A DNA stretch of 63,883 bases, the filler included, from Octopus bimaculoides (lineage: Eukaryota): assembly GCF_001194135.2 (NCBI RefSeq). It is 5 parts of 5 records of this genome, joined end to end, with 100 filler letters (N's around TTAATTAATTAA, not from the genome) between each part and the next. Parts side by side here need not be neighbours in the genome. Positions count along the whole stretch, not along the records: positions 1 to 28,329 come from NW_026314721.1; positions 28,430 to 52,458 come from NC_069000.1; 3 more parts are not named here. One strand, given 5' to 3'. Positions 25,985-38,970 of this stretch are shown piece by piece. The notes below the pieces were generated by a model. That model was not told the origin of the DNA. It made no database searches and saw only the letters and a list, made by a program, of their open reading frames with translations. A program made the position numbers and the translations under genes. How positions within the stretch are numbered: position 1 is the stretch's first letter; every line of letters begins with the position of its first letter.

Positions 25985-26271
25985 TATATATCCATCATAC
26001 ACATATATATGTATAAATAATATATATATATATATGCTTCATTTTTTTTTTCTTTTACCTTGATCTGACATTTGTGCCATACAACCCCCACCACCACCAC
26101 CACCACCACCACTATTGCAGAAGAAAGTAGCAGCAGCTTGCTTCTCTCTCTCTCTCTCTCTCTCGATTCTCTACAATGGTAAAACCGTGTCTATATTTCA
26201 TTCCAGTTATAACAAGAACACACACCACACACACACACCGTGTGTAAGTGGTGCAGGCTTGAAACAGGCAC

Positions 26272-26274
<3 letters not shown>

Positions 26275-26328
<54 letters not shown>

Positions 26329-26449
26329 AATATGTGTGTGTGTGTATATATATATGTGTATGTATGTGTGTATATATATATATGTGTGTATGTATATATA
26401 TACTTATACACACTATATAAATATATATACCTGTGTATGTATGTGTGTG

Positions 26450-26501
<52 letters not shown>

Positions 26502-26595
26502 AATGTGTGTGTGTGTGTATATATATATATATGTGTATGTATGTGTGTATATATATATGTGTGTATGTATGTGTGTATATATATATGTGTGTATG

Positions 26596-26640
<45 letters not shown>

Positions 26641-26698
26641 TTATACACACTATATAAATATATATACCTGTGTATGTATGTGTGTGTATGTATGTATG

Positions 26699-26730
<32 letters not shown>
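26275..26730. repeat. Compound microsatellite with internal ~238-bp duplication
   Basis: tacttatacacactatataaatatatatacctgtgtatg occurs at ~26401 and ~26639. Confidence 0.8.
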
Positions 26731-27092
26731 GTATATGTTTGAGTGTAAATGACAGTATACAGCATGATAAAAAATTTAATATGCATTTTATCCCATGGAA
26801 CATATTTTATTCTCTTTCATACAGTGCGTGTGTGTGTGCATATATATGCATGTGTGTGTGTGTGTGTGTGTATGTATATATGCATATGTCCATATATGCA
26901 TGTGTGTATATGCATATACATGAATAAAATATATACATGCTAATGTGATGTGCCCCATCCTTTGACTTTGTTCCAGTTTTTGTTGTATTTCTGCTTGTTT
27001 TTAGTAAAGATTATTACTCTACCTCTGGTATTTGAGCACTATTTTCTCCACCTTGTTTCACATTTACATGCTTACTCTGCTATGTATATATG

Positions 27093-27292
27093 TACAACAG
27101 AAACAGGAAGAAAGAATGAGAGAAAGTTGTGGTGAAAGAGTACAGCAGGGGTTGCGACCGTTCCCTGCCGGAGCCTTGTGACGTTTTAGTTGTTTTCCCT
27201 TAATAAACATTCACAAGGCCTGATCTAAGAATCAAAACCACAATCCCACGACTACGAGTCTGCTGCCTGAACCACTGGGCAGCCTCCTCCAC
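27093..27292 (-). mobile_element. SINE family B, 5' half, older copy
   Basis: gagagaaagttgtggtgaaagagtacagcagg...aataaacattcac...aaccactgggc. Confidence 0.8.
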
Positions 27293-27964
27293 AGTATGTA
27301 TGTATACTGAACACACATACACAATGCCCATGCTTTGCAATTTTAAGCATTGGACGGTGGCCCTCTAAAAGCGCCAAGTGTTAAAACACCTGAAAGTTTA
27401 CAGTCACTCAGCGCTTCGAGAGGGTCGCCTTCACCATGTCAAACTGCAGCCAACCAGGGGACTAGAAAAAGCACTTACATTGGGTGTTTGATAGTGTTTA
27501 CAACACGCACACAGCTCAAATTCATATTTGAATTTTTTTCCTTCGCATGCAATGTTTGGTCACACCAGAAGATGGATTTCACACCATTTTACATAGAGTC
27601 ATGAATAGAGACGACTCAGTTCGCTTCTGATTTGGTAAATGATGTTAAATAAGCCAGAGAAATGGTGAAACATCGATGACCATCACTCCTGAATGGGACT
27701 TGGAATGAGTTGTCTTGCCCATATACGACAAAGATTTTCAAATGACTGAAACAAGTGAAAGAAAATAAAAGGAAAACAAAAATATATATATATACACACA
27801 CATATACACACATTCACATAAGTGTGCACACCTACATCCAATGTGTTTACCTGGGGATGGAGTGGGGAGGAATAGAAGAATGCCAGCACAGGTAATATAT
27901 ATATAACGAGAGGTGGTGGAGGAAGAGGAGATCAAGCGTATGCGTGTGTACGAACACATATGTA

Positions 27965-28013
<49 letters not shown>

Positions 28014-28373
28014 GCAAACACACACTCATACACAGGAGGGGAGATGGAGTGGGAGGGGCTGAAGGTCAAGTAGAGTTACTGAGGCAGGAAATAATTCTTA
28101 CTATATACATACACACACACACCAATCTCTAGCATGTGGTTTTGGGGAGATAAGTAGGCTGGAATAGCTCTATACACATGCTGTATATATATATGTTGTA
28201 CCTATGTGTATGTGTGTATATATATTATATACATTATATATATATATACATATATATACATATATATATATATATATGTATATATATATTATATACATTA
28301 TATATATATATACATATATATACATATATNNNNNNNNNNNNNNNNNNNNNNNNNNNNNNNNNNNNNNNNNNNN

Positions 28374-28385
28374 TTAATTAATTAA
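28374..28385. other. Artificial scaffold linker TTAATTAATTAA (assembly artefact)
   Basis: Flanked by exactly 44 N on each side (100 nt total); identical at 52503, 55509 and 62257; stop codons in all six frames. Confidence 0.95.
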
Positions 28386-28429
28386 NNNNNNNNNNNNNNN
28401 NNNNNNNNNNNNNNNNNNNNNNNNNNNNN

Positions 28430-29010
28430 GGACTGTAAAATATTTAACGTCATTTCTTCCACTTCTTTACGTTCTGAGTTCAAATTCCGCCGAGATCGGC
28501 TTTGTCTTTCATCCTATCGAGGTCGATAAAATAAGTACCAGTTGAAGACTGGGGTCAATGCAAATGCCTAGACCCAAATATAACTGGCGTTGTGCTAAAA
28601 TTTGAAACCAACGAATTAATTAATGCGGCGAGCTGGCAGAATCGTTAGCACGGTGGGCGAAATGCTTGGTATTCCGTCTGTCTTTACGTTCTGAGTTCAA
28701 ATTCCACCGAGGTCGACTTTGCCTTTCATCCTTTCGATGTCGATTAAATAAGTACCAGTTAAGCACTGGGTCGATGTAATCGATTTAATCCCTTTATCTG
28801 TTCTTGTTTGTCCCATCTGTGTTTAACCCTTGTGGGCAGTAAAGAGATAATTATGTTCTGAGTTCAAATTCCACCGAGGTAGGTTGAATTTTCCTTCCAT
28901 TCTTTCGGGGTGAATAAAATGAAGCACCGGTCGAGCACTAGGGATTGATGTAGTTTAATTACACTCACACCCGAACTTGCTGGCTTTGTGACAAAATTTG
29001 AAACCGAAAA
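28430..29010 (+). mobile_element. Cluster of three tandem SINE family C copies
   Basis: ttctgagttcaaattcc(g/a)ccgag at ~28472, ~28690 and ~28856; middle copy has full head gcggcgagctggcagaatcgttagc. Confidence 0.85.
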
Positions 29011-30555
29011 ATCTATAAATAGCATGGCATTCCCAGTCAATGCAGTCACGAGTTGATGGACACAGAATTTACACCAAGAAAAACAATACAAAACGATTTT
29101 TTTTCTCGTATCGTTGAGTACTTTATGGTATCCATGGAAACCTGGTCCTTGANNNNNNNNNNNNNNNNNNNNNNNNNNNNNNNNNNNNNNNNNNNNNNNN
29201 NNNNNNNNNNNNNNNNNNNNNNNNNNNNNNNNNNNNNNNNNNNNNNNNNNNNNNNNNNNNNNNNNNNNNNNNNNNNNNNNNNNNNNNNNNNNNNNNNNNN
29301 NNNNNNNNNNNNNNNNNNNNNNNNNNNNNNNNNNNNNNNNNNNNNNNNNNNNNNNNNNNNNNNNNNNNNNNNNNNNNNNNNNNNNNNNNNNNNNNNNNNN
29401 NNNNNNNNNNNNNNNNNNNNNNNNNNNNNNNNNNNNNNNNNNNNNNNNNNNNNNNNNNNNNNNNNNNNNNNNNNNNNNNNNNNNNNNNNNNNNNNNNNNN
29501 NNNNNNNNNNNNNNNNNNNNNNNNNNNNNNNNNNNNNNNNNNNNNNNNNNNNNNNNNNNNNNNNNNNNNNNNNNNNNNNNNNNNNNNNNNNNNNNNNNNN
29601 NNNNNNNNNNNNNNNNNNNNNNNNNNNNNNNNNNNNNNNNNNNNNNNNNNNNNNNNNNNNNNNNNNNNNNNNNNNNNNNNNNNNNNNNNNNNNNNNNNNN
29701 NNNNNNNNNNNNNNNNNNNNNNNNNNNNNNNNNNNNNNNNNNNNNNNNNNNNNNNNNNNNNNNNNNNNNNNNNNNNNNNNNNNNNNNNNNNNNNNNNNNN
29801 NNNNNNNNNNNNNNNNNNNNNNNNNNNNNNNNNNNNNNNNNNNNNNNNNNNNNNNNNNNNNNNNNNNNNNNNNNNNNNNNNNNNNNNNNNNNNNNNNNNN
29901 NNNNNNNNNNNNNNNNNNNNNNNNNNNNNNNNNNNNNNNNNNNNNNNNNNNNNNNNNNNNNNNNNNNNNNNNNNNNNNNNNNNNNNNNNNNNNNNNNNNN
30001 NNNNNNNNNNNNNNNNNNNNNNNNNNNNNNNNNNNNNNNNNNNNNNNNNNNNNNNNNNNNNNNNNTGTGTGTGTGTGTGTGGAGAAAGTAAGAGAAAGAG
30101 ATGGGGCGAGGCAAATGGACGGAGAGAAATTAAAAGGCGGCTGGAAGAGAGAGAGAGGTGTGTGTGTGAGTGTGTGTGAGAGAGAGAGAGAGAGATGTCT
30201 GTGGCGAAAACTACGAATGGGAATTTGTAGATGACGAACAGATTTTAACAATCAGTGAAAAGAACGGAGATAGTTAGCTAGAAAAACAACTTGTGATATC
30301 CAATGTTTGATAAATACTACACACACACACACACACACACACATCATATACATTAATACACGCCCATATATATATAGATAGATATAGAAAGGGCTATAGA
30401 TATGTATATAGAGGTAGAGGGCAACTGTAATATTGTCGCACACATTTGCACTTTCTTTCTCTGCTACTGGGTCAGCTTGTATGCCTACATACATAATCAG
30501 CTGTGTTTTTGTATGTCGACAGTTAATTAATATGGTGTGTGTATATAGGTGTGCG

Positions 30556-30946
30556 GTGGAGGCGCAATGGCCCAGTGGTTAGGGCAGCGGACTCGCGGTC
30601 AAAGGATCGCGGTTTCGATTCCCAGACCTGGCGTTGCGAAGTGTTTATTGAGCGAAAACACCAAAAAGCTCTACGGGGCTCCGGCAGGGGATGGTGGCGA
30701 ACCCTGCTGTACTCTTTCACCACAACTTTCTCTCACTCTTACTTCCTGTTTCTGTTGTGCCTGTAATTCAAAGGGTCAGCCTTGTCACAATCTGTGTCAC
30801 GCTGAATATCCCCGAGAACTACGTTAAGGGTACACGTGTCTGTGGAGTGCTCAGCCACTTACACGTTAATTTCACGAGCAGTCTGTTCCGTTGATCGGAT
30901 CAACTGGAACCCTCGACGTCGTAAGCGACGGAGTACCAACAGCAAC
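30556..30946 (+). mobile_element. tRNA-derived SINE family B, full length, young
   Basis: A-box tggcccagtgg, B-box ggtttcgattccc, ~390-bp body, caacagcaac tail; ~96% identical by eye to 36487-36872. Confidence 0.92.
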
Positions 30947-31535
30947 NNNNNNNNNNNNNNNNNNNNNNNNNNNNNNNNNNNNNNNNNNNNNNNNNNNNNN
31001 NNNNNNNNNNNNNNNNNNNNNNNNNNNNNNNNNNNNNNNNNNNNNNNNNNNNNNNNNNNNNNNNNNNNNNNNNNNNNNNNNNNNNNNNNNNNNNNNNNNN
31101 NNNNNNNNNNNNNNNNNNNNNNNNNNNNNNNNNNNNNNNNNNNNNNNNNNNNNNNNNNNNNNNNNNNNNNNNNNNNNNNNNNNNNNNNNNNNNNNNNNNN
31201 NNNNNNNNNNNNNNNNNNNNNNNNNNNNNNNNNNNNNNNNNNNNNNNNNNNNNNNNNNNNNNNNNNNNNNNNNNNNNNNNNNNNNNNNNNNNNNNNNNNN
31301 NNNNNNNNNNNNNNNNNNNNNNNNNNNNNNNNNNNNNNNNNNNNNNNNNNNNNNNNNNNNNNNNNNNNNNNNNNNNNNNNNNNNNNNNNNNNNNNNNNNN
31401 NNNNNNNNNNNNNNNNNNNNNNNNNNNNNNNNNNNNNNNNNNNNNNNNNNNNNNNNNNNNNNNNNNNNNNNNNNNNNNNNNNNNNNNNNNNNNNNNNNNN
31501 NNNNNNNNNNNNNNNNNNNNNNNNNNNNNNNNNNN

Positions 31536-31576
<41 letters not shown>

Positions 31577-32145
31577 TTCGTATGTGTATGTGTATCAAGC
31601 TATATGTAGTAAATACCTATCTATTAATACGCACGCGCATACACATATACATACATACATGCATATATTAGTGCTAGCATGATATCTTAAAGGTTGTACT
31701 TTTTACCATGCAGCGATATACGTGTCTGTGTATGGGCGTCTGTAAGATACATGGAAATATAAACAACATTATGCTATCTCCAATGAATACTTTATACTAA
31801 AAATACATAGGCCTCTCTATAACTAAATTGAAACTAAACATTTCCTTATGAACAAAACATAAACGTCTCCTGGAGGAGAAAAAAAAAAACGTTTATAAAA
31901 GTATCATCATGAAAATATATGGTAACCTATACGTGAAACAAGATCATTCATCTATTTATTGTGACACTAATCCAGGAAGTTGCGATGTGTTGATATACTT
32001 TTTACCCGAAATTAGAACGCTGTGTGTGCCAGAATGTTAGTACACACACACGTACACACACACACGCAAGAATATACACATATATACATATATATATTTA
32101 TATACATATGTATATATACACACATACATATATATATATATACAT

Positions 32146-32189
<44 letters not shown>

Positions 32190-32267
32190 ACACATATATA
32201 TATACACACACACACACACATACCTATATATACATATACACACATATATATATATATATATACATAT

Positions 32268-32320
<53 letters not shown>

Positions 32321-32650
32321 NNNNNNNNNNNNNNNNNNNNNNNNNNNNNNNNNNNNNNNNNNNNNNNNNNNNNNNNNNNNNNNNNNNNNNNNNNNNNNNN
32401 NNNNNNNNNNNNNNNNNNNNNNNNNNNNNNNNNNNNNNNNNNNNNNNNNNNNNNNNNNNNNNNNNNNNNNNNNNNNNNNNNNNNNNNNNNNNNNNNNNNN
32501 NNNNNNNNNNNNNNNNNNNNNNNNNNNNNNNNNNNNNNNNNNNNNNNNNNNNNNNNNNNNNNNNNNNNNNNNNNNNNNNNNNNNNNNNNNNNNNNNNNNN
32601 NNNNNNNNNNNNNNNNNNNNNNNNNNNNNNNNNNNNNNNNNNNNNNNNNN

Positions 32651-32713
<63 letters not shown>

Positions 32714-32717
32714 ATAC

Positions 32718-32880
32718 ACGACGGACTTCTTTCTGTTTCTCTCTACCAAGTCCACTCACAAGGCTTTGGTTGACCTGACGCTATAGCAGAAAACATTGGC
32801 CCAAGGTGCCACACAGTGGGACTGGACCCAGAACCATGTAGTTCGGAAGGAACCTTCTTACCAAACAGTCACGCTACGCC
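32718..32880 (-). mobile_element. SINE family A, 5' half
   Basis: gacggacttctttctgtttc...cccaaggtgccacacagtgggactggaccc. Confidence 0.85.
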
Positions 32881-33295
32881 TATATATATATATATACTCA
32901 TTGCAAACAACACGCATCAGAGCCATCAGACCCAATCGATTGATGGATCGATCTCAGTGTAACCCTTCCTAATGGGGTCAGACCATCAAGGTGTTAAAAT
33001 CTACAGAGCTGTGTGTATAGAAGCTAAGTTACCAAACCAGTTAGATTAGCACCAGCCTCATTGTTGCTATCAATTCGGTCAATTTATTCAGACCTTCGCC
33101 ATTGGCCATTGTATCCTTGGCGATCGATAATATATTGTAACGTTTTATATTGCAGAGTAACACGTTTCATCTTACTGGCTGGACACATTAGCTTAGCATA
33201 TCATTTGTTAACACTAATGCTCATAGACACACACACACACACACACACACAGTGGGATACGAATGTGCGTACGTATGTATATACGTACGCACATT

Positions 33296-33462
33296 CTCTC
33301 TTTCTCTCTTTCTCTTTCGCCTCTCTCTCTCCCTTTCCTTCTCTTTCTCTCTCTGCTTTCTCCCTCTCTTTCTCTCTCTCCATCTCTCTCTCTCCCCCTC
33401 TCTTTCTCTCTCTCTCCATCTCTCTCCCCCTCTCTCTCCTTCTCTCTTTCTCACTCTCTCTT

Positions 33463-33504
<42 letters not shown>

Positions 33505-33505
33505 A
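33296..33505. repeat. Interrupted (CT)n polypyrimidine microsatellite
   Basis: ~200 bp almost entirely C/T. Confidence 0.9.
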
Positions 33506-34083
33506 TACATGCACTTGTTCACTTTCTCTACTCTCAATAAGAAAAAAGACAACTTTTTAGCACTAAAACACACACACGCACGCACACACTATAAAAAGTA
33601 ACACACATATTCACTCACTACTGCTAACACGCACACTGTCACTAGTATCACTCATACATTCTTATTAATAATATCACATGCATAGATACCCACAGTATAT
33701 ATAATTATATTAATATCACATATACACACACACTATACCACTAGTAACATACACACGCAATACACACAAAGACTGTTACTATCAACACCACTCGCGCGCG
33801 CACACACGCACACACACACACACATACACACACACTGTCACCAATAAACGAGCTTCTATAAATATCTGAAATAAATTTTGTTTTTGTTATGTCAATTCTG
33901 TCCATCCATAGCACGATCTCTATGACATCACTGTGACGTTATCAACGCTCAGAAACTAGATTTTAATATGTATTGGCTGCGATATATCAACCTTAATCCT
34001 TCACCAGTATCCAGCTTAATCTTGTGACTGGACATAACTATGTCACCAGAGGATAGTTTAGGTTGTCTTTCATGTAGGCTTAC

Positions 34084-34191
34084 CTTGATCCAGGAATATG
34101 ATGAGCTCGAGACAAATAGATATAGATGTATGTAGCTCTCTAGTGTTTCGTGGTGCTTATGACAATCCATAACATTTACTGAGACCGCCAT
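34084..34191 (-). CDS. Candidate first coding exon (MAVSVNVMDCHKHHETLESYIHLYLFVSSSSYSWIK), unassigned
   Basis: aaaaATGGCGG start/YY1-like motif, 36 open codons, donor AAG|GTAAGC at 34084/34083; no recognised homology. Confidence 0.25.
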
Positions 34192-34284
34192 TTTTACTTT
34201 ATCATTTTACCATTAATCTTCTTCATTTGATCCACCGGAATCGGTTTTCAGAGGCTATGGTGACTGTTTTCAGAGGCTATGGTC

Positions 34285-34469
34285 CCCGTCTGTTTCGACG
34301 GGAAGTATTCAATTGTTCAAGGTGACAGGGTCGTTAGGGCTCAGGACAAAATCCAATGCACTATTTGTTCTGTAAGGCCCATTACCCCGCTTGACAGCGG
34401 GTCAAACAAGTTGACCAGATATAGCGGGCGTTACGCAACATTAAGGTTCAGAGATGTGACCTCATCTCT
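34285..34469. other. CpG-rich block of five hairpins, unidentified
   Basis: cccgtc/gacggg; gggc-caggacaaaat/atttgttctg-gccc; cccgct/agcggg; ggtcaa/ttgacc; agagatg/catctct. Confidence 0.55.
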
Positions 34470-35063
34470 TCCTCTTTTTCTGCACTGACACGCAAGCTAT
34501 GAAAACGCAACTTGACTGGCTCTATGCCACAGGCCAGCTTGAAGATAGGAGCATAGCACAGAAGACCATGGCTTTTACACACCAACCATTCTATTTATCA
34601 TTCTATCGTGTCTATACGTGTGGTCACAGTAAACGTGTTTGAAGTTGCAACCCTACTTGTATATGTTCTTCATCCGGGTTTACTACCAGCGAGATTACAG
34701 CTTTCTGAGAGTCATATTAGGTGGCTCAACAATGACCTACGCCATCTAATGTTCAAAATCTTTAAGTTCTGTGCTCAAATATTGTTAACTGTGCCTTTTA
34801 TCGTTTCAGGGTTGATACAACATGTATCAGTTGATGTAATCGACTTAACCCTTAAAATCCTTGTGCCAACATTTAAACCAGTATTGTATTAAGAGATGAG
34901 GCGAGCTGGCAAAATCGTTAGCACGGCGGGAAAAATGCATTAACTTTGGATATCCTTGTTGCTTCTTTTGATTTTAATCACATTACTTTGAAATTGTATG
35001 GATAATACCATACTTAATTCTGGTGCCTAAAATCAAGTACCATATTCACCTTGAATCTATCTA

Positions 35064-35104
<41 letters not shown>

Positions 35105-35142
35105 NNNNNNNNNNNNNNNNNNNNNNNNNNNNNNNNCATATA

Positions 35143-35177
<35 letters not shown>

Positions 35178-35585
35178 TTATATTTATATATGACGTTGAC
35201 CACTAACGTGGACATTCAATGTGCTAGAAATAGATCACATCTTGTGTCTAATAAGACTTAAATTGTTCTCAACATGAAATATAGCGTGATACCAAAACGT
35301 AAGCGGGCAAGACATTTAAAATCACCGAAAAAAATTATTATTAAACAGGGACCGGTTTCAAAATTTAACAATCTTACCGACTGTCTATTTCTCTTCACCC
35401 TGATTTGTAATGCAACCATAATCATCAGAACCCTATACAAAGTTGCCCACCACCATAGGTGCACGTGTATGTGGTTCTGCTAATTACAGCTTAATGGTAA
35501 AATTCAAAAGTCTTCGTTTTGGCGCGCTAATTCCAGGAATGTGTCTGCAGAAAATATTTACTGCGTTGCATATATCCAGTATGAG

Positions 35586-35652
<67 letters not shown>

Positions 35653-36124
35653 CATATATACACACATGTATATATACTCATGAATGTAGATAGATAGATC
35701 TGCTTTGTTTTTTCCTGAAATCACCCTATAACATTACTCACCAGTCGAACAATTGTAACTTTATCCCGAATACACGTCTCTATTTGTTGTCTCTGGTGTC
35801 AGTTAGTATGTCACATTTAAGTATTAGCTATTCAATCCAGGAATGCAAACATGATACACCTCACGTTAATCACAGTGTTTTCGAGTCACGCATGACTTCA
35901 TACACATGAAAACATTTGTGTACTTGAAGCAAAGTATGGTTTTTCAAACGTCTGAAACGCTTGAGTGGTTCACAGAGCCGTAGGAGCGATTCGATGATCT
36001 CAAATAGGAGTTTTATGCTCTGTTTTCAGTTTAATCAATCTTTTCAAACGTAGTTTTTTTTTTTATTTTTTTATTTTGAGTAATCTTAAAGAAACGCGCA
36101 AACCTCTTCAAATAAACATTCTTT

Positions 36125-36375
36125 TATTCTTTGAATTGTTTCAGTAATTTGACTGCGGTCATGCTGGTGCACCGCCTTGAAGAGTTTTAGCGGAACAAAT
36201 CGATCTAAGGACTCATTATTATTTTAAATCCTAGTACTTATTCGATCGGTCTCTTCTGCCGAACTGCTAAGTTATGGGGATGTAAACATACTCACACCGG
36301 TTGTTAAGCGATGGCGGGGGACACACAAACACAAAGGCTCACAAGCTTCTTACCACACAGCCACGCTTGCGCCTA
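36125..36375 (-). mobile_element. SINE family A, internally deleted
   Basis: 3' half ttgtttcagtaatttgactgcgg... joined to head aagcttcttaccacacagccacgc. Confidence 0.85.
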
Positions 36376-36486
36376 TGTTCCAACTTTTTACTTCTTTCTC
36401 AGTGTTAGTTCATCCTTGGTCTATGTTTTAAATCAATGATTTTGCATTGAATTAAAGTCAAAATTTAGTAAATCAAATTTTTTACA

Positions 36487-36872
36487 TTGTTGGCACTCCG
36501 TCGCTTCCGTCGTCGAGGGTTCCAGTTGATCCGATCAACGGAACAGCCTGCTCGTGAAATTAACGTGCAAGTGGCTGAGCACTCCACAGACACGTGTACC
36601 CTTAACGTAGTTATCGGGGATATTCAGCGTGACACAGATTGTGACAAGGCTGACCCTTTGAATTACAAGCACAACAGAAACAGGAAGTAAGAGTGAGAGA
36701 AAGTTGTGGTGAAAGAGCACAGCAGGGTTCGCTACCATCCCCTGCCGGAGCCTCGTGGAGCTTTTAGGTGTTTTCGCTCAATAAACACTCACAACGCCCG
36801 GTCTGGGAATCGAAACCGCGATCCTATGACCGCGAGTCCGCTGCCCTAACCATTGGGCCATTGCGCCTCCAC
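36487..36872 (-). mobile_element. SINE family B, full length, with TSD
   Basis: Reverse complement of 30556-30946; tttttaca on both flanks (36479-36486 and 36873-36880). Confidence 0.93.
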
Positions 36873-37995
36873 TTTTTACATAGATTTAGTATAATAGCCA
36901 GATTTATTTCTATTTCTACAAAGCTGAAAAGAGCGTGTGCGGTTACGACAAAGAATACTTTTTTATATTAATTTTCAGATGGCTTCGTCTTCCATGTCAG
37001 CTTATGTTTTTCTCAATTACAATTTTAATCTTCATGCTCTCCAACGCCATTGACTATTCGCAAATATGTCAAGCTTGCTGAAAAGACATTAAGAAAAGCG
37101 TCGAATTTAGCCAGAACACTTTGTATGTATATATCACTATATACATACTTACGTATAATGTTATGAGCTGTGTGTGGTAAAACCACATCTGTACTAATTA
37201 TATATATATGTGTGTGAGTGTGTGTATACATATATCCATACACCCATACTGTGTGTGTGTGTGTATGTGTCTGTCTGTAAATAGATCTGGGCAAAGACAT
37301 GCGTATATCCACAGACCGTAAAAATGCTGTAAGATTATATTTTGTAACAAAAAAAATAAAATAAAATGGAGAACTTCACCACCACCACCACCACTCCACA
37401 ACAACAACAACGTTAACAACTGCAACAACAATATTAACTATAAAAAAAAATGCATGTTCTGCTTTAGCTTGATAACTACCTGGGGTACTTGTGCACTGAA
37501 AAGATCAAAGCTAGATAAACAAACAACAAAGAGGTACACACACGCACCCATACACACACACGTATAGACGTACACACACACACACACACGTACACATACA
37601 TAATTCTACATACAGACACACACTCGCTGCAGTTTTCACTGTCTCAACTACAAAGGCTTTACTTTAACGTTTTCGTTATGCCTTTTATTTTTCATCCCGT
37701 TTCCTTTCGTTATGTATTTCTGTGATTTTTTTTAATGGGTATTTTTCCCTTCATCTTCCTTCTTACTTTCTTTCTTTTTTCTTCTGTCTTTCTTTCTTTT
37801 TTCTTTTTTTCTTTCTTCTGTCTTTATTTCTTCTTTCTTTCTTTGTTTCTTTTCTGACTTTCTTTTTACTGTCACTTTTTTCATGTCGATCTTTTTTAAA
37901 TGTACTTATTTTATCTATCTGTCTGTCCTATCTATCTATCGATCTATTTATCTCTCTCTTTCTCTCTCTCCCCCTCTCTTTCTCTNNNNNNNNNN

Positions 37996-38060
<65 letters not shown>

Positions 38061-38873
38061 GTATATATATATATCTAAAGTTAAAACTTACTTGCAAATG
38101 GACGCGTAGCGTTCGATTATATACTAATAGAAATGATATATGAGCATATACATATATAAATACATATATGTACATACCTACATCTACATGTATATATATA
38201 TATATATAGATGCATATCCGGGTACAGGACGTCAAAAAGCGTGGACAAAAAAGGAACGGGAATATAAACAAATCACAAAAAAACCCGACTTTTTTTTACG
38301 GATAACAGAATGAACNNNNNNNNNNNNNNNNNNNNNNNNNNNNNNNNNNNNNNNNNNNNNNNNNNNNNNNNNNNNNNNNNNNNNNNNNNNNNNNNNNNNN
38401 NNNNNNNNNNNNNNNNNNNNNNNNNNNNNNNNNNNNNNNNNNNNNNNNNNNNNNNNNNNNNNNNNNNNNNNNNNNNNNNNNNNNNNNNNNNNNNNNNNNN
38501 NNNNNNNNNNNNNNNNNNNNNNNNNNNNNNNNNNNNNNNNNNNNNNNNNNNNNNNNNNNNNNNNNNNNNNNNNNNNNNNNNNNNNNNNNNNNNNNNNNNN
38601 NNNNNNNNNNNNNNNNNNNNNNNNNNNNNNNNNNNNNNNNNNNNNNNNNNNNNNNNNNNNNNNNNNNNNNNNNNNNNNNNNNNNNNNNNNNNNNNNNNNN
38701 NNNNNNNNNNNNNNNNNNNNNNNNNNNNNNNNNNNNNNNNNNNNNNNNNNNNNNNNNNNNNNNNNNNNNNNNNNNNNNNNNNNNNNNNNNNNNTATATAT
38801 ACACACACACATATATATATGTGTGTGTGTGTAATATAGTGAGAGGTGCAGGAGTGGCTGTGTGGTAAGTAGC

Positions 38874-38970
38874 TTATTATTATTATTACTATTATTAAGG
38901 TCACTGCCTGGAATCGAATTCGGAATCTTGGGGTTAGTAGCCCGCGCTCTTAACCACTATGCCATATGCC
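38874..38970 (-). mobile_element. Short tRNA-like SINE (family F) with (TAA)n tail, adjoining a truncated family A head
   Basis: Minus strand GGCATATGGCATAGTGGTTAAGAGCGCGGGCTACTAACCCCAAGATTCCGAATTCGATTCCAGGCAGTGACC then taataat; A- and B-boxes present, acceptor stem does not pair. Confidence 0.75.

Noticed and set aside
9400-26730. CRISPR-like or coded repeat-spacer arrays among compound microsatellites
   Set aside because: No constant repeat with unique spacers; patterns fit slippage
37075-37112. ctgaaaa-gac...gtc-gaat hammerhead-like string
   Set aside because: Two core substitutions and no helix I or III
38899-38970. Possible genuine tRNA gene
   Set aside because: Acceptor stem does not pair and a (TAA)n tail follows; SINE
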